Shown here one piece after another: positions 30,691-39,686 of a stretch of 64,000 nt of DNA. A program made the translations under genes and the position numbers. Positions within the stretch are counted from its first letter, which is position 1, and every line of letters begins with the position of its first letter. The stretch comes from an uncultured bacterium. Its GTDB lineage: Bacteria > Chloroflexota > UBA5177 > JANWHV01. Under the pieces are notes generated by a model, which saw nothing but the letters and a program-made list of their open reading frames with translations, was not told where the DNA came from and searched no databases. The DNA is taken from positions 1,328,719-1,392,718 of the forward strand of contig CAVSOU010000010.1 in the NCBI GenBank assembly GCA_963729625.1. The letters run 5' to 3'.

Positions 30691-31038
30691 ATGGCACTCG
30701 ATACGCCAGGCTGGAAGTTCTTTGAGAAGCACCTGCAGTTCTTCATTGATAAGGACGTCGACGGCTTGCTTGCCAGCGACTATCACGACGACGCCATGTG
30801 CATATCCTACGACTTCGCAGTCAAGGGCAAGGAAGGCCTCAAGAGCCTGTTCACCGGTTACCTCGAGATGGTTGGCGACATCGCGCTCAGATCCACGGAT
30901 CATTGGCGCGAGACCGAAGACTCTATCCTCATCGAGGCCACAATGGACACCTCGCGCGCCGGAGAGCGGAAAGTCTACGACATCTTCATGATGAAGGACG
31001 GCAAGATCTCGCATCACTTCACCGGCGTACGAGCGTAG
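30691..31038 (+). CDS. NTF2/SnoaL-like protein
   Basis: DKDVDGLL..DY.DDA; KDGKISHHF. Confidence 0.8.
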   Translation: MALDTPGWKFFEKHLQFFIDKDVDGLLASDYHDDAMCISYDFAVKGKEGLKSLFTGYLEMVGDIALRSTDHWRETEDSILIEATMDTSRAGERKVYDIFMMKDGKISHHFTGVRA

Positions 31039-31132
31039 AAGCACTCGTATGTCGCACAGCAGCATTGGAGCCCGAGGAAGGCCCACCGGCTAGTAGTGCG
31101 CAGAACTGGTTTCTGGCGAGAAGGGGGAGACC

Positions 31133-34030
31133 TTGCGGATTTCGCTCACAGTCAACGGGCAGCCGTATCGAGCGGAGGTCGAGCCGAGACTGCCGCTTGT
31201 CGACTTGCTGCGTGACACGCTTGGTTTGACGGGCACGAAGAACGGTTGCGGCACGGGTGAGTGTGGTGCATGCACCGTTCTGCTCAACCACCGGTCGGTC
31301 AAGAGCTGCCTGTTGCTCGCCGCACAGGTGGACGGTGCCGAAATCACGACGATAGAGGGATTGGCCACGCGCGATCAGCTCAATCCAATCCAGCAGGCAT
31401 TCTGGGAGCAGTTCGCGGTTCAGGATGGATATGCTACGCCTGGTGCGGTGCTCGCGGCAACGGACCTGCTCGAACACAATCCGGCGCCGACCGAACGAGA
31501 GATCCGGGGCTGGCTCGATGGCTCGCTCGATCGAATTACCGGTTATCAGAACGTAGTGACGGCAATCAGTGCCGCCGCTGGAGTATTGCAAGGTACAGCA
31601 CCCTCCCCCGATGGAGCTGCCCCTTCTCCGATTGTAGGCGCGTCAATCAAGACCAAGGAAGCGCCGGCGATGCTGCGCGGTGAAACACGCTATGTTGCCG
31701 ACATTACACTGCCCGGCATGGTGCACGCTGCGATTCTTCGCAGTACGGTGCCACATGCTCGGCTCAAGCATGTCGACACGTCGGCTGCCAGTACGATGCC
31801 CGGCGTCGTGGGGGTGTATACCGGCGAGGACACGGCGGACATCATGCCGCTGCCTGTTATCTGGGTACCGCAGGATGTGGAAACCCACTTCCCGCCTCAC
31901 CCATCGGGCATGGTACCCGGCTCCCAGCTGGTTCTTGCGAGGGAGCGAGTACGATTCGTGGGTGATCCCATCGCGGTAGCGGTTGCGGAAACCCGACAGC
32001 AGGCCGTTGACGCTCTCGACAAGATCGTGGTCGATTATGAGCCATTGCCGTTCGTACTCGATGCCGAGGAAGCGCTCAAGGATGGCGCACCACAGCTGCA
32101 CGATACGGTGCCTAACAACCTTGTGTTCCGCGCTTCATACGGAGACAAGGCGCAGACGGAACAGGCTATCGCGGACGCCGAGGTCGTCGTGCGGCAGCGC
32201 ATCCGCAGCCAGCGAATGATCGCCAACACTATCGAGACGCGCGGGGCAATCGGCAGCTACGACCAGACGACCGGCGACTACACGCTGTGGACCAACGTGC
32301 AGCCGCTGTATCCGGTACGCCTGCTCATCTCCCTGTATGTGCTCGGTATCCCGTACAACAAGCTTCGCGTTATCGCCCCCGCAATCGGCGGCAGCAACGG
32401 CTCGAAGGGCTACCTGTTCGCCGACGGGCCGCTCGTGCTCTGGCTGTCGAAGAAGATCGGCAAACCGGTCAAGTGGATCGACACACGCGAGGGCATTGCC
32501 CAATCCACGCCACATGGTCGCGACCATGTTGACGATGTCACGCTTGCCGGTACGAAGGACGGCAGAATCACAGCGCTCCACTGCTCGGGCTACAGCAACA
32601 TCGGTGCGTATCCGGTGATAAACGCCCCCGGTCAGCCGCGCACGCTGATTGGGAAGAGCATAACAGGCGCCTATGCAATCGAGCGCCCCTATTACGAAGT
32701 CGCAGTGGTCATGACGAACACGGTGCAGGTCGGCGCCCTGCGCGGCTCCGGCAGGGCCGAGGCCATCTACATGATCGAGCGCATGGTCGACATCTACGCG
32801 CGCGAAATCGGCATGGACCCCGCCGAAGTCCGCCGCAAGAATATGGTGCAGCCGGATCAGCTTCCCTATGACAACAAGCTGGGCTGGCTTTATGACTCAG
32901 GCGACTACCCTGCGGCGTTGTCCAGGGCGCTGGAGGCGGTCGATTATGCCCACCGCGCGGAACGAAAGGCCGAAGCGCGCGGGCGTGGCAAGAGGCTGGG
33001 CGTGGGAATCGGCTCTTACGTCGCGGTCGCGGGTGTGGGCCCGTCGGCCAAGATGGGCAAGGAAGGGCTGGTAAGTGGTACGTGGGGTAGCGCTCATATC
33101 GGCGTTCAGCCAACCGGCGAGGTGGTTGTGACCACGGGCGCTCAACCCCATGGACAGGCCCACGAGACCACGCTGGCACAGATCGCCGGTGCCGAGCTCG
33201 GCGTCCCTGTCGACAGGATTCGGGTCCGTCACTCGGACACGGAAGGGCCACTCCTCTATGGCCAGGGAAGCTATGGCAGTCGAACGCTCTCCGTCGAGGG
33301 CGCAGCTGTCCACCTCGCGGCGCAGAAGATCAAGGACAAGGCTCGGCGACTCGCGGCCCATCTCTTCAAAGCAAATGTCGACGATATCATCTACGACGGG
33401 GACGCAGGCAAGGTCTTCCTGAAGTTCGCGCCAGACCAGGCGGTGATGCCGCTCCAACAGGTTGCGTTCGTGGCTTGGCTTGCCTGGGATCTGCCGGAAG
33501 GCATGGATCCCGTGCTGGAAGCACTCGCGTATTTCAATCCACCCGAGTTCAACTACCCATTCGGGACACACGTGGCCGAAGTTGAAGTCGACGAGGACAC
33601 CGGCGAGGTTAGCCTGGTGCGCTATGTCGCGGTCGACGACTTCGGCACCGTCGTGAACCCCGGCGTTGTGGATGGCCAGACGCACGGCAATATCGCGCTG
33701 GGCGTAGGGCAGGCACTATTCGAAGAGGCTCTGTACGGTGCAGATGGGCAGCTCGTGGCGGGCGACTTCTCCGCGTATGCCATTCCTCGAGCGTCGCAGC
33801 TGCCAAGCTTCGAGTTGCACCGCACGGTCACGCCTACGCCGAACAATCCGTTGGGGGCGAAAGGGGCAGGCGACGTCAGCAATCCGCCCGTCGCTCCCGC
33901 GGTTGTCAATGCCGTTTGCGATGCGCTGAGCGACCTGGGCATCCGACACATCGAAACGCCGCTGACTCCCGAAAAGGTTTGGCGGGCGATGCAGGCGGCT
34001 ACAGAACGTAGTGGGGCGGTGATTGCATGA
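31133..34030 (+). CDS. Xanthine dehydrogenase/CoxL-family molybdoprotein with fused [2Fe-2S] subunit (S+L fusion), atypical motifs
   Basis: GCGTGECGAC..SC; YVADI..PGM; ALRGSGR; GQAHET; GSYGSR; GAKGAGD; TTG start with GGGGAG RBS. Confidence 0.9.
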   Translation: MRISLTVNGQPYRAEVEPRLPLVDLLRDTLGLTGTKNGCGTGECGACTVLLNHRSVKSCLLLAAQVDGAEITTIEGLATRDQLNPIQQAFWEQFAVQDGYATPGAVLAATDLLEHNPAPTEREIRGWLDGSLDRITGYQNVVTAISAAAGVLQGTAPSPDGAAPSPIVGASIKTKEAPAMLRGETRYVADITLPGMVHAAILRSTVPHARLKHVDTSAASTMPGVVGVYTGEDTADIMPLPVIWVPQDVETHFPPHPSGMVPGSQLVLARERVRFVGDPIAVAVAETRQQAVDALDKIVVDYEPLPFVLDAEEALKDGAPQLHDTVPNNLVFRASYGDKAQTEQAIADAEVVVRQRIRSQRMIANTIETRGAIGSYDQTTGDYTLWTNVQPLYPVRLLISLYVLGIPYNKLRVIAPAIGGSNGSKGYLFADGPLVLWLSKKIGKPVKWIDTREGIAQSTPHGRDHVDDVTLAGTKDGRITALHCSGYSNIGAYPVINAPGQPRTLIGKSITGAYAIERPYYEVAVVMTNTVQVGALRGSGRAEAIYMIERMVDIYAREIGMDPAEVRRKNMVQPDQLPYDNKLGWLYDSGDYPAALSRALEAVDYAHRAERKAEARGRGKRLGVGIGSYVAVAGVGPSAKMGKEGLVSGTWGSAHIGVQPTGEVVVTTGAQPHGQAHETTLAQIAGAELGVPVDRIRVRHSDTEGPLLYGQGSYGSRTLSVEGAAVHLAAQKIKDKARRLAAHLFKANVDDIIYDGDAGKVFLKFAPDQAVMPLQQVAFVAWLAWDLPEGMDPVLEALAYFNPPEFNYPFGTHVAEVEVDEDTGEVSLVRYVAVDDFGTVVNPGVVDGQTHGNIALGVGQALFEEALYGADGQLVAGDFSAYAIPRASQLPSFELHRTVTPTPNNPLGAKGAGDVSNPPVAPAVVNAVCDALSDLGIRHIETPLTPEKVWRAMQAATERSGAVIA

Positions 34031-34899
34031 TTCCCGCGCAGTTTGAGTATGCGACGGCAACCAGCGTGAACGAAGCTGTGCGGTATCTTGAGGCGCATCC
34101 AGGCGCACGTGCGCTCGCTGGAGGCACGGGGCTGATCCCCGCCCTCTCACGCCGCCGCCTGACCGCAAGCGCCTTGGTCGATCTTCAACACATACCCGGA
34201 CTTGCGGCCATGACGCCGCTGGACACGGGTGGCGTGCGCATAGGGGCGCTTGCCACGCTCGCGGCGATTGTCGACAGGGAGGGTATGCGGGCAGCCTATC
34301 CGGTGTTGGCGGAAGCAATCGCTTCTGCCGCCGATCCACAGATTCGCAACCGCGCGACGCTCGGTGGCAGCCTTGTCCTCGACCACCGGGGAGGAGATGT
34401 CGCGGCTGCGCTTTTGGCTTTGGGCGCGTCTATAAACGTCACTGGGCCTGCCGGCGATCGGGTGGTCGCCATCGACAGGCTCCTCAGCGATCTCGGAGCT
34501 GCTCGTCTTGCCCCAGCCGAGATCGTGACGTCGATCGATCTTCCCGGTGACGCCTCGGGCACTGCGTATGAGAAGATCCGCAATCCTGCCAGCGGCTTTG
34601 CCATTTGCGGCATAGCTGCGTTGATCCGGCTTGGTGGGGAAGGCGCGGTGAGCCAGTGCCGCGTGGCGGTGACCGGAGCGACCGCTGCTGTGACCCGTCT
34701 GCTGTTGCTGGAGGAAAGCCTCACGGGACAAGCTGCTTCTCTGGCGACGATTGCCGGCAGCGCGCTTGCGGCGCAAGTGGCAACCCTCGCTTTCGCCGGC
34801 GACTGGCCGGCGTCTGCAGAGTTCCGAGCGCATTTGACTCGAGTACTGGCAGTGCGCGCCGTGCGACGCGCGGCAGAGCGCGCCGGATGGCGTGCGTGA
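34027..34899 (+). CDS. FAD-binding medium subunit (CoxM/XdhB-like)
   Basis: LAGGTGLIP, PQIRNRATLGG; ATGA overlap with upstream gene. Confidence 0.9.
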   Translation: MIPAQFEYATATSVNEAVRYLEAHPGARALAGGTGLIPALSRRRLTASALVDLQHIPGLAAMTPLDTGGVRIGALATLAAIVDREGMRAAYPVLAEAIASAADPQIRNRATLGGSLVLDHRGGDVAAALLALGASINVTGPAGDRVVAIDRLLSDLGAARLAPAEIVTSIDLPGDASGTAYEKIRNPASGFAICGIAALIRLGGEGAVSQCRVAVTGATAAVTRLLLLEESLTGQAASLATIAGSALAAQVATLAFAGDWPASAEFRAHLTRVLAVRAVRRAAERAGWRA

Positions 34900-35013
34900 G
34901 TCGCCACGGGAGCTCGGGCCTGTGCCCGCCCTCGTCCGGCGGATAGGACGCCAGGTGTCTTGGGGCGCAGGCATCTTGCCGGCCCTGGTTTGGAACGGAG
35001 AGGGTGATCAGCG

Positions 35014-35406
35014 GTGAAGAACGTACCTGACACAGCGCTCGGGCGCATGTATCGTGAGCACATCCAACATATCCTGGACAAGGACATCGAGTCACTGCTG
35101 GACCAGTATACCGATGATGCCCTGCTGATCAGCAGCTTCACCCGAAAGCCCCTCATCTACAAGGGTCGTGCGGAGATCCGCGAACATATGCAGGGTATTC
35201 TTGGCATCCAGGGCCTGGAAACCGACATCGCATTTTGGGCGGAGACAGAGAGTCCGCAGACTCTCATGATTGTGGAGGAGATCACCATGCAAACTGCTGA
35301 CGGGGAAGCACGCATGCGCTTCGCCGACAGCTGGGTGCTGCGTGAAGGGCGTATAGCCATACACTTTGCTGGGATGACCCAGTATCCCGACGGCTCGGTG
35401 GCCTAG
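35014..35406 (+). CDS. NTF2/SnoaL-like protein (paralog of 30691..31038)
   Basis: DKDIESLLDQYTDDA; REGRIAIHF. Confidence 0.78.
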   Translation: MKNVPDTALGRMYREHIQHILDKDIESLLDQYTDDALLISSFTRKPLIYKGRAEIREHMQGILGIQGLETDIAFWAETESPQTLMIVEEITMQTADGEARMRFADSWVLREGRIAIHFAGMTQYPDGSVA

Positions 35407-35411
35407 CACAC

Positions 35412-36272
35412 ATGTCTGCCCTGCGCAACAAGTATCTGGCAATGCGCTATTTCCAGGAGATCATGGTCGGGGCCAACATCGCGACCATGTATGAGCTGGT
35501 GGCGCCAGAGTGTGTCCTGACTCTGCCCACATACCCCCATACCTACAGTGGCCCGGATGGCTGCAGAGACCTCGTGAGCATGCTGCACGGTTGTTTCCCA
35601 GATTACTTCATCCATCTCAATGACATGGTGGCATCCGGTGACACTGTGGTGACGCGCTGGCGATCTGGTGGCACGCACCTCGGCGCGACGTTCACATCAG
35701 TTGGCGGTAGTATTCCGGCCAGTGGGCGCTCGTTTGAAATTGACGGCATGACGTGGCTTCGCATGGCCGGTGGCCAGATCGTGGAAGCAATCGGCCATGA
35801 GGATACGGCCGGCATGTTCACGCAGCTTGGCGTGATCCCCAGTGCGTCGAGCGCCACAACGCCGGAGCAGAACCTTGCTACGGCGCACCGCTACTTCGAT
35901 GAAGTCATGAATCAGGGCAAGCTGCGTGTGATCGAAGAGATCATGGCGCCCGGCATCCAGTTCATTATCCCAACTCAGCCGGAGCCTATCACGGGATACG
36001 GCAATATGGGCGGGTTTGTCGGCTATCTGCGCAACGCCTTCCCGGACATCCATTTTGCTGTTGAGCGTGAGATTGCGGTGGATAACAAAGTCGCCGTGCG
36101 ATGGTCCATCACAGGCACGCATGCCGGCGAATTCCTGGGCAAGCCGCCTACCGGGAACGCGATCGAGGACTTCGGCATCGATATCTTTACGTTTGAGGAC
36201 GGTAAGATCCGGGCCGTGCACGTGAGCGAGAATGACTTCGGACTGTTTCAGCAACTCGAACCCAGAAAGTGA
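35412..36272 (+). CDS. Tandem two-domain SnoaL-like ester cyclase
   Basis: Two copies of FPD...RW..GTH.G...P.G. Confidence 0.88.
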   Translation: MSALRNKYLAMRYFQEIMVGANIATMYELVAPECVLTLPTYPHTYSGPDGCRDLVSMLHGCFPDYFIHLNDMVASGDTVVTRWRSGGTHLGATFTSVGGSIPASGRSFEIDGMTWLRMAGGQIVEAIGHEDTAGMFTQLGVIPSASSATTPEQNLATAHRYFDEVMNQGKLRVIEEIMAPGIQFIIPTQPEPITGYGNMGGFVGYLRNAFPDIHFAVEREIAVDNKVAVRWSITGTHAGEFLGKPPTGNAIEDFGIDIFTFEDGKIRAVHVSENDFGLFQQLEPRK

Positions 36273-36303
36273 TTCGCGGTTGGCGCCTGCTGAAAAGACG
36301 CTG

Positions 36304-37833
36304 GTGAGTGCCCGACACGCCTATGACTACGTTGTGGTCGGCGCCGGCGCGAGCGGCTGTGTGCTGGCCAATCGCCTGAGTGCTGACCCGGCGACGCAAG
36401 TCCTGCTCCTAGAAGCCGGTGGGACCGACCACGAGCCCCGCATCCACAATCTGGACGGCTTTGTGCAGCTCTGGGGCACCGATGTCGCCTGGGCTTTCCT
36501 CACTGAGAAGCAAGCTGGCCTCAATGGGCGGCAAATCCTGATCAACCAGGGCAAGGTGTTTGGCGGCGGCAGCTCGATCCACGCCATGATGTACGTGCGC
36601 GGCAACCGCCTCAACTTCGATCAATGGAGCGCGCTTGGCGCGGATGGGTGGAGCTACGAGGAAGTACTGCCGTATTTTAGGAAATCTGAGAACTACGAGG
36701 GCGGCGCTTCAGCATATCGCGGCGTAGATGGCCCGCTCGATGTCCGACCGTGCCCCGACCCTGTCGCCCGCTCGCTCGCGTTTCAGGAGGCGGCCGTGGA
36801 GCTGGGTTACGACGGCCCGGATTGGGATTACAACGGTGCCCGCCAGGACGACGGCGTGGGACCGATCCAATTCAATATCGGCAACGATGGCCGTCGCGTC
36901 AGCGCGGCCACGGCGTTTCTCACGCCGGCACTCGGTCGCCCTAACCTCACTGTGCACACGCATGCCGAAGCTACCCGCGTGCTTTTCGCGGGCATGCACG
37001 CGGTGGGTGTCGAGTATCGCCAGGACGGCCAGGACCAGCAGGCCCGGGTCGCGCGTGAGGTAGTCCTCAGCGCCGGCACATTCATGTCGCCCAGGATTCT
37101 GATGCATTCCGGAATCGGACCGGCGCCGCACCTGGAGGCTCACGGCATCCCCGTGCTCGTCGACCTGCCCGGTGTTGGTCAGAACTTGCACGATCACCTG
37201 CAGATCTCGGTGGTCTACAAGTCGCGAGTACCCCTCGCCGATCCCACGCTGCTGGCCGGGAACGTCCTGTTCACGCGCTCCCGCAAGGGCACGCAGACCG
37301 CGCCGCCCGATCTGCAGATCATGTACAGCCCCGGCGTCCCGTCGGCCCTATCGTCCGCGATCCCAGGGCCTCGCCCAGCCAGCATTTTCATTCCCATTCT
37401 GCTGCAACCCCGTAGCCGGGGAGACGTCCGCCTGCGATCTGCCGACCCGACCGATGCGCCGGTCATCGACCCACAGTACCTGCAGCGCGAATGCGACCTC
37501 GAGGCCCTGCTGCAGTCGGTCCGTATAGTACGCGATCTGGCCGGTACCAGGGCGTTTTCCGATCTCAATGGCGGCGAGATAGCGCCGGGCCCGAATGCCG
37601 ACCTCAAGGACTACGTCCGCCGCAGCGCGACGACCATGTGGCATCCTGTCGGCACGTGCAGGATGGGCCGCGATGCCCTGGCGGTGGTCGATCCGCAATT
37701 GCGGGTCGTTGGCGTCTCCGGGCTCCGTGTTGCCGATGCGTCGGTCATGCCGGCAATTCCCAGCGGCAATACATTCGCGGTATGCGTGATGATTGGCGAG
37801 AAACTGATAGGCCTGTTACATGGCACTGATTGA
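36304..37833 (+). CDS. GMC family FAD oxidoreductase
   Basis: YDYVVVGAGASG, GKVFGGGSSI, VGQNLHDH, WHPVGTCRMG, ADAS, SGNT; start uncertain. Confidence 0.93.
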   Translation: MSARHAYDYVVVGAGASGCVLANRLSADPATQVLLLEAGGTDHEPRIHNLDGFVQLWGTDVAWAFLTEKQAGLNGRQILINQGKVFGGGSSIHAMMYVRGNRLNFDQWSALGADGWSYEEVLPYFRKSENYEGGASAYRGVDGPLDVRPCPDPVARSLAFQEAAVELGYDGPDWDYNGARQDDGVGPIQFNIGNDGRRVSAATAFLTPALGRPNLTVHTHAEATRVLFAGMHAVGVEYRQDGQDQQARVAREVVLSAGTFMSPRILMHSGIGPAPHLEAHGIPVLVDLPGVGQNLHDHLQISVVYKSRVPLADPTLLAGNVLFTRSRKGTQTAPPDLQIMYSPGVPSALSSAIPGPRPASIFIPILLQPRSRGDVRLRSADPTDAPVIDPQYLQRECDLEALLQSVRIVRDLAGTRAFSDLNGGEIAPGPNADLKDYVRRSATTMWHPVGTCRMGRDALAVVDPQLRVVGVSGLRVADASVMPAIPSGNTFAVCVMIGEKLIGLLHGTD

Positions 37834-37866
37834 TCGACACTCGTGGCTCAGGGAGGTAGAGGACAA

Positions 37867-38289
37867 GTGGTTCATACGGCGTTTGCCCACGTGGGGTTGA
37901 CCTGCAAAGATCCTGTCGCGGTCGAGCGGTTCTATACTGAGCACTTTGGCTTCCGGCGAGCGCGCGCGATCCCGCTGGGGGGCACTGAACAGATCGTCTA
38001 CATCAAGTCGGGCGATATGTACCTGGAGCTGTTCCAGGCGAAAGCGCCGGCCCCGATCGCGCCGCCCGAGCAGGATGGTTATGGCTGGCCCGGCGTGCGC
38101 CACCTGGCGTTTGTAGTAGACGATGTCGATGCCAAGCTCGCCGAGCTTGGCAATGCCGCAAAGGTCACGCTTGGACCGCTGGACTTCAGTGACTTCATTC
38201 CAGGATGGCGAACCGCCTGGGTTGCCGATCCGGAGGGCAACATTGTCGAGATAAGCCAGGGGTATCAGGACGATCCGGGCCTGATCTAG
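37867..38289 (+). CDS. VOC/glyoxalase family protein
   Basis: AHVGL, LELF, RHLAF.VDD, DPEGNIVE. Confidence 0.9.
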   Translation: MVHTAFAHVGLTCKDPVAVERFYTEHFGFRRARAIPLGGTEQIVYIKSGDMYLELFQAKAPAPIAPPEQDGYGWPGVRHLAFVVDDVDAKLAELGNAAKVTLGPLDFSDFIPGWRTAWVADPEGNIVEISQGYQDDPGLI

Positions 38290-38417
38290 TCGACTGCCAG
38301 GTATCAGGATGTGCGCCGGCCTAACACCGGAGTACGCAGCACCCACTGCTGTGGGTCGCGGTGCCCAAATGCCATAGCTTCGGGATGGGAGCACTGCTGA
38401 ACTGGGGGAAACCACGC

Positions 38418-39515
38418 ATGGCTGTCGCCCACGTTGGCGCCTTCGTCGTCGGCATGGCACTGGTAATTCTGACGCTCCGTTCGTCCATTCGCACGTTTGT
38501 GCTCCCCAGGAGCATCAACGACTCACTCACGCGTGCTGTGTTTCGAGCCATACACAGGCTGTTCCTGCTGTTTGCGCCGCCGGCGCGGGCCTATGAGGAG
38601 CGCGATCGGATCATGGCTTTGTTTGCGCCGGTGGCCTTGCTGAGTCTGCCGGTCGTGTGGATTGCTATAGTCACGACCGGGTACGCAGGCATGTTCTGGG
38701 CCTCCGGCGCCCGCGATGCGCAGGCCTCTTTCACGATCAGTGCATCGTCCATGGTCACGCTTGGGTTTGACGCGCCGCACGGCCTGCTGCAGACCTTCCT
38801 TGCGTTTAGTCAGGCGTCGGTCGGCCTGGGTCTGGTGGCTCTCCTCATCGCCTATCTGCCGACCATCTACGGCGCGTTCTCCAGGCGCGAGTTGGCCGTC
38901 AACATGCTCGAGGTCCGGGCCGGGTCACCGCCATCGGCCGTCACCCTCATTACTCGATTTCAGCGCCTGGAGAAGCTGGAGCGACTGGAAGCGTTTTGGG
39001 AGGGCTGGGAAGTCTGGTTTGCCGAGCTGGACGAGACGCATACCTCGATCGGCTCGCTGGCGCTGTTCCGTTCACCGCTTCCCCAGCACTCATGGATTAC
39101 GGCAACTGGTGCCGTGCTCGACGCGGCTGCTCTGCGCTGTTCGGTGGTAGCGTTGCCGCGAGAGCCGCAAGCCGAGCTGACCCTGCGGGCAGGGTATCTG
39201 GCGGTGCGCCATATCGCGGACTTCTTCAAGCTTCGGTATGAGGCTGATGTCGACTGGCGGTCTCCGATCAGCGTCGCGCGTCAGCAGTTTGACGAGGCAT
39301 GCGCGAGTCTCGCGGAGGCCGGTGTTCCACTGAAAGACGATCGCGACCAGGCATGGAAAGACTTCGTAGGCTGGCGCGCCAATTACGACGGCGCCTTGCT
39401 GAGCTTAGCTGCGCTGACCATCGCGCCGAGTGCGCCGTGGCTGTCAGCTCACGCGCGTGGAGCACCGCCGATAGCGGCGAGAGACGGAGCAAAGCGCTCG
39501 GACAACCTCGAGTAG
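38418..39515 (+). CDS. Membrane protein with a K+ channel-like pore region
   Basis: TM helices flanking S.SSMVTLGF; C-terminal soluble domain. Confidence 0.6.
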   Translation: MAVAHVGAFVVGMALVILTLRSSIRTFVLPRSINDSLTRAVFRAIHRLFLLFAPPARAYEERDRIMALFAPVALLSLPVVWIAIVTTGYAGMFWASGARDAQASFTISASSMVTLGFDAPHGLLQTFLAFSQASVGLGLVALLIAYLPTIYGAFSRRELAVNMLEVRAGSPPSAVTLITRFQRLEKLERLEAFWEGWEVWFAELDETHTSIGSLALFRSPLPQHSWITATGAVLDAAALRCSVVALPREPQAELTLRAGYLAVRHIADFFKLRYEADVDWRSPISVARQQFDEACASLAEAGVPLKDDRDQAWKDFVGWRANYDGALLSLAALTIAPSAPWLSAHARGAPPIAARDGAKRSDNLE

Positions 39516-39543
39516 CACTATTCCGTCGCGTAAGGGCAACGGG

Positions 39544-39686
39544 CTAGTGGGACAAGTGCGTTGCTCATGGCCATTGCCGCTTCATGTGACACTCCGGCCT
39601 TCAGGCCGGAGAGCCTCACCCGGTCACCCAGCCGTGGCCTTCAGGCCGCATCTGAACGGCGATGAACGTGACGAGCGACCCACTCG
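39544..39686. mobile_element. MITE-like element, copy 2
   Basis: CTAGTGGGAC...GACCCACTCG; similar to copy 1 along its length; lies between convergent genes. Confidence 0.7.

Noticed and set aside
31133-34030. Aerobic CO dehydrogenase (coxL form I)
   Set aside because: Lacks AYxCSFR; has ALRGSGR
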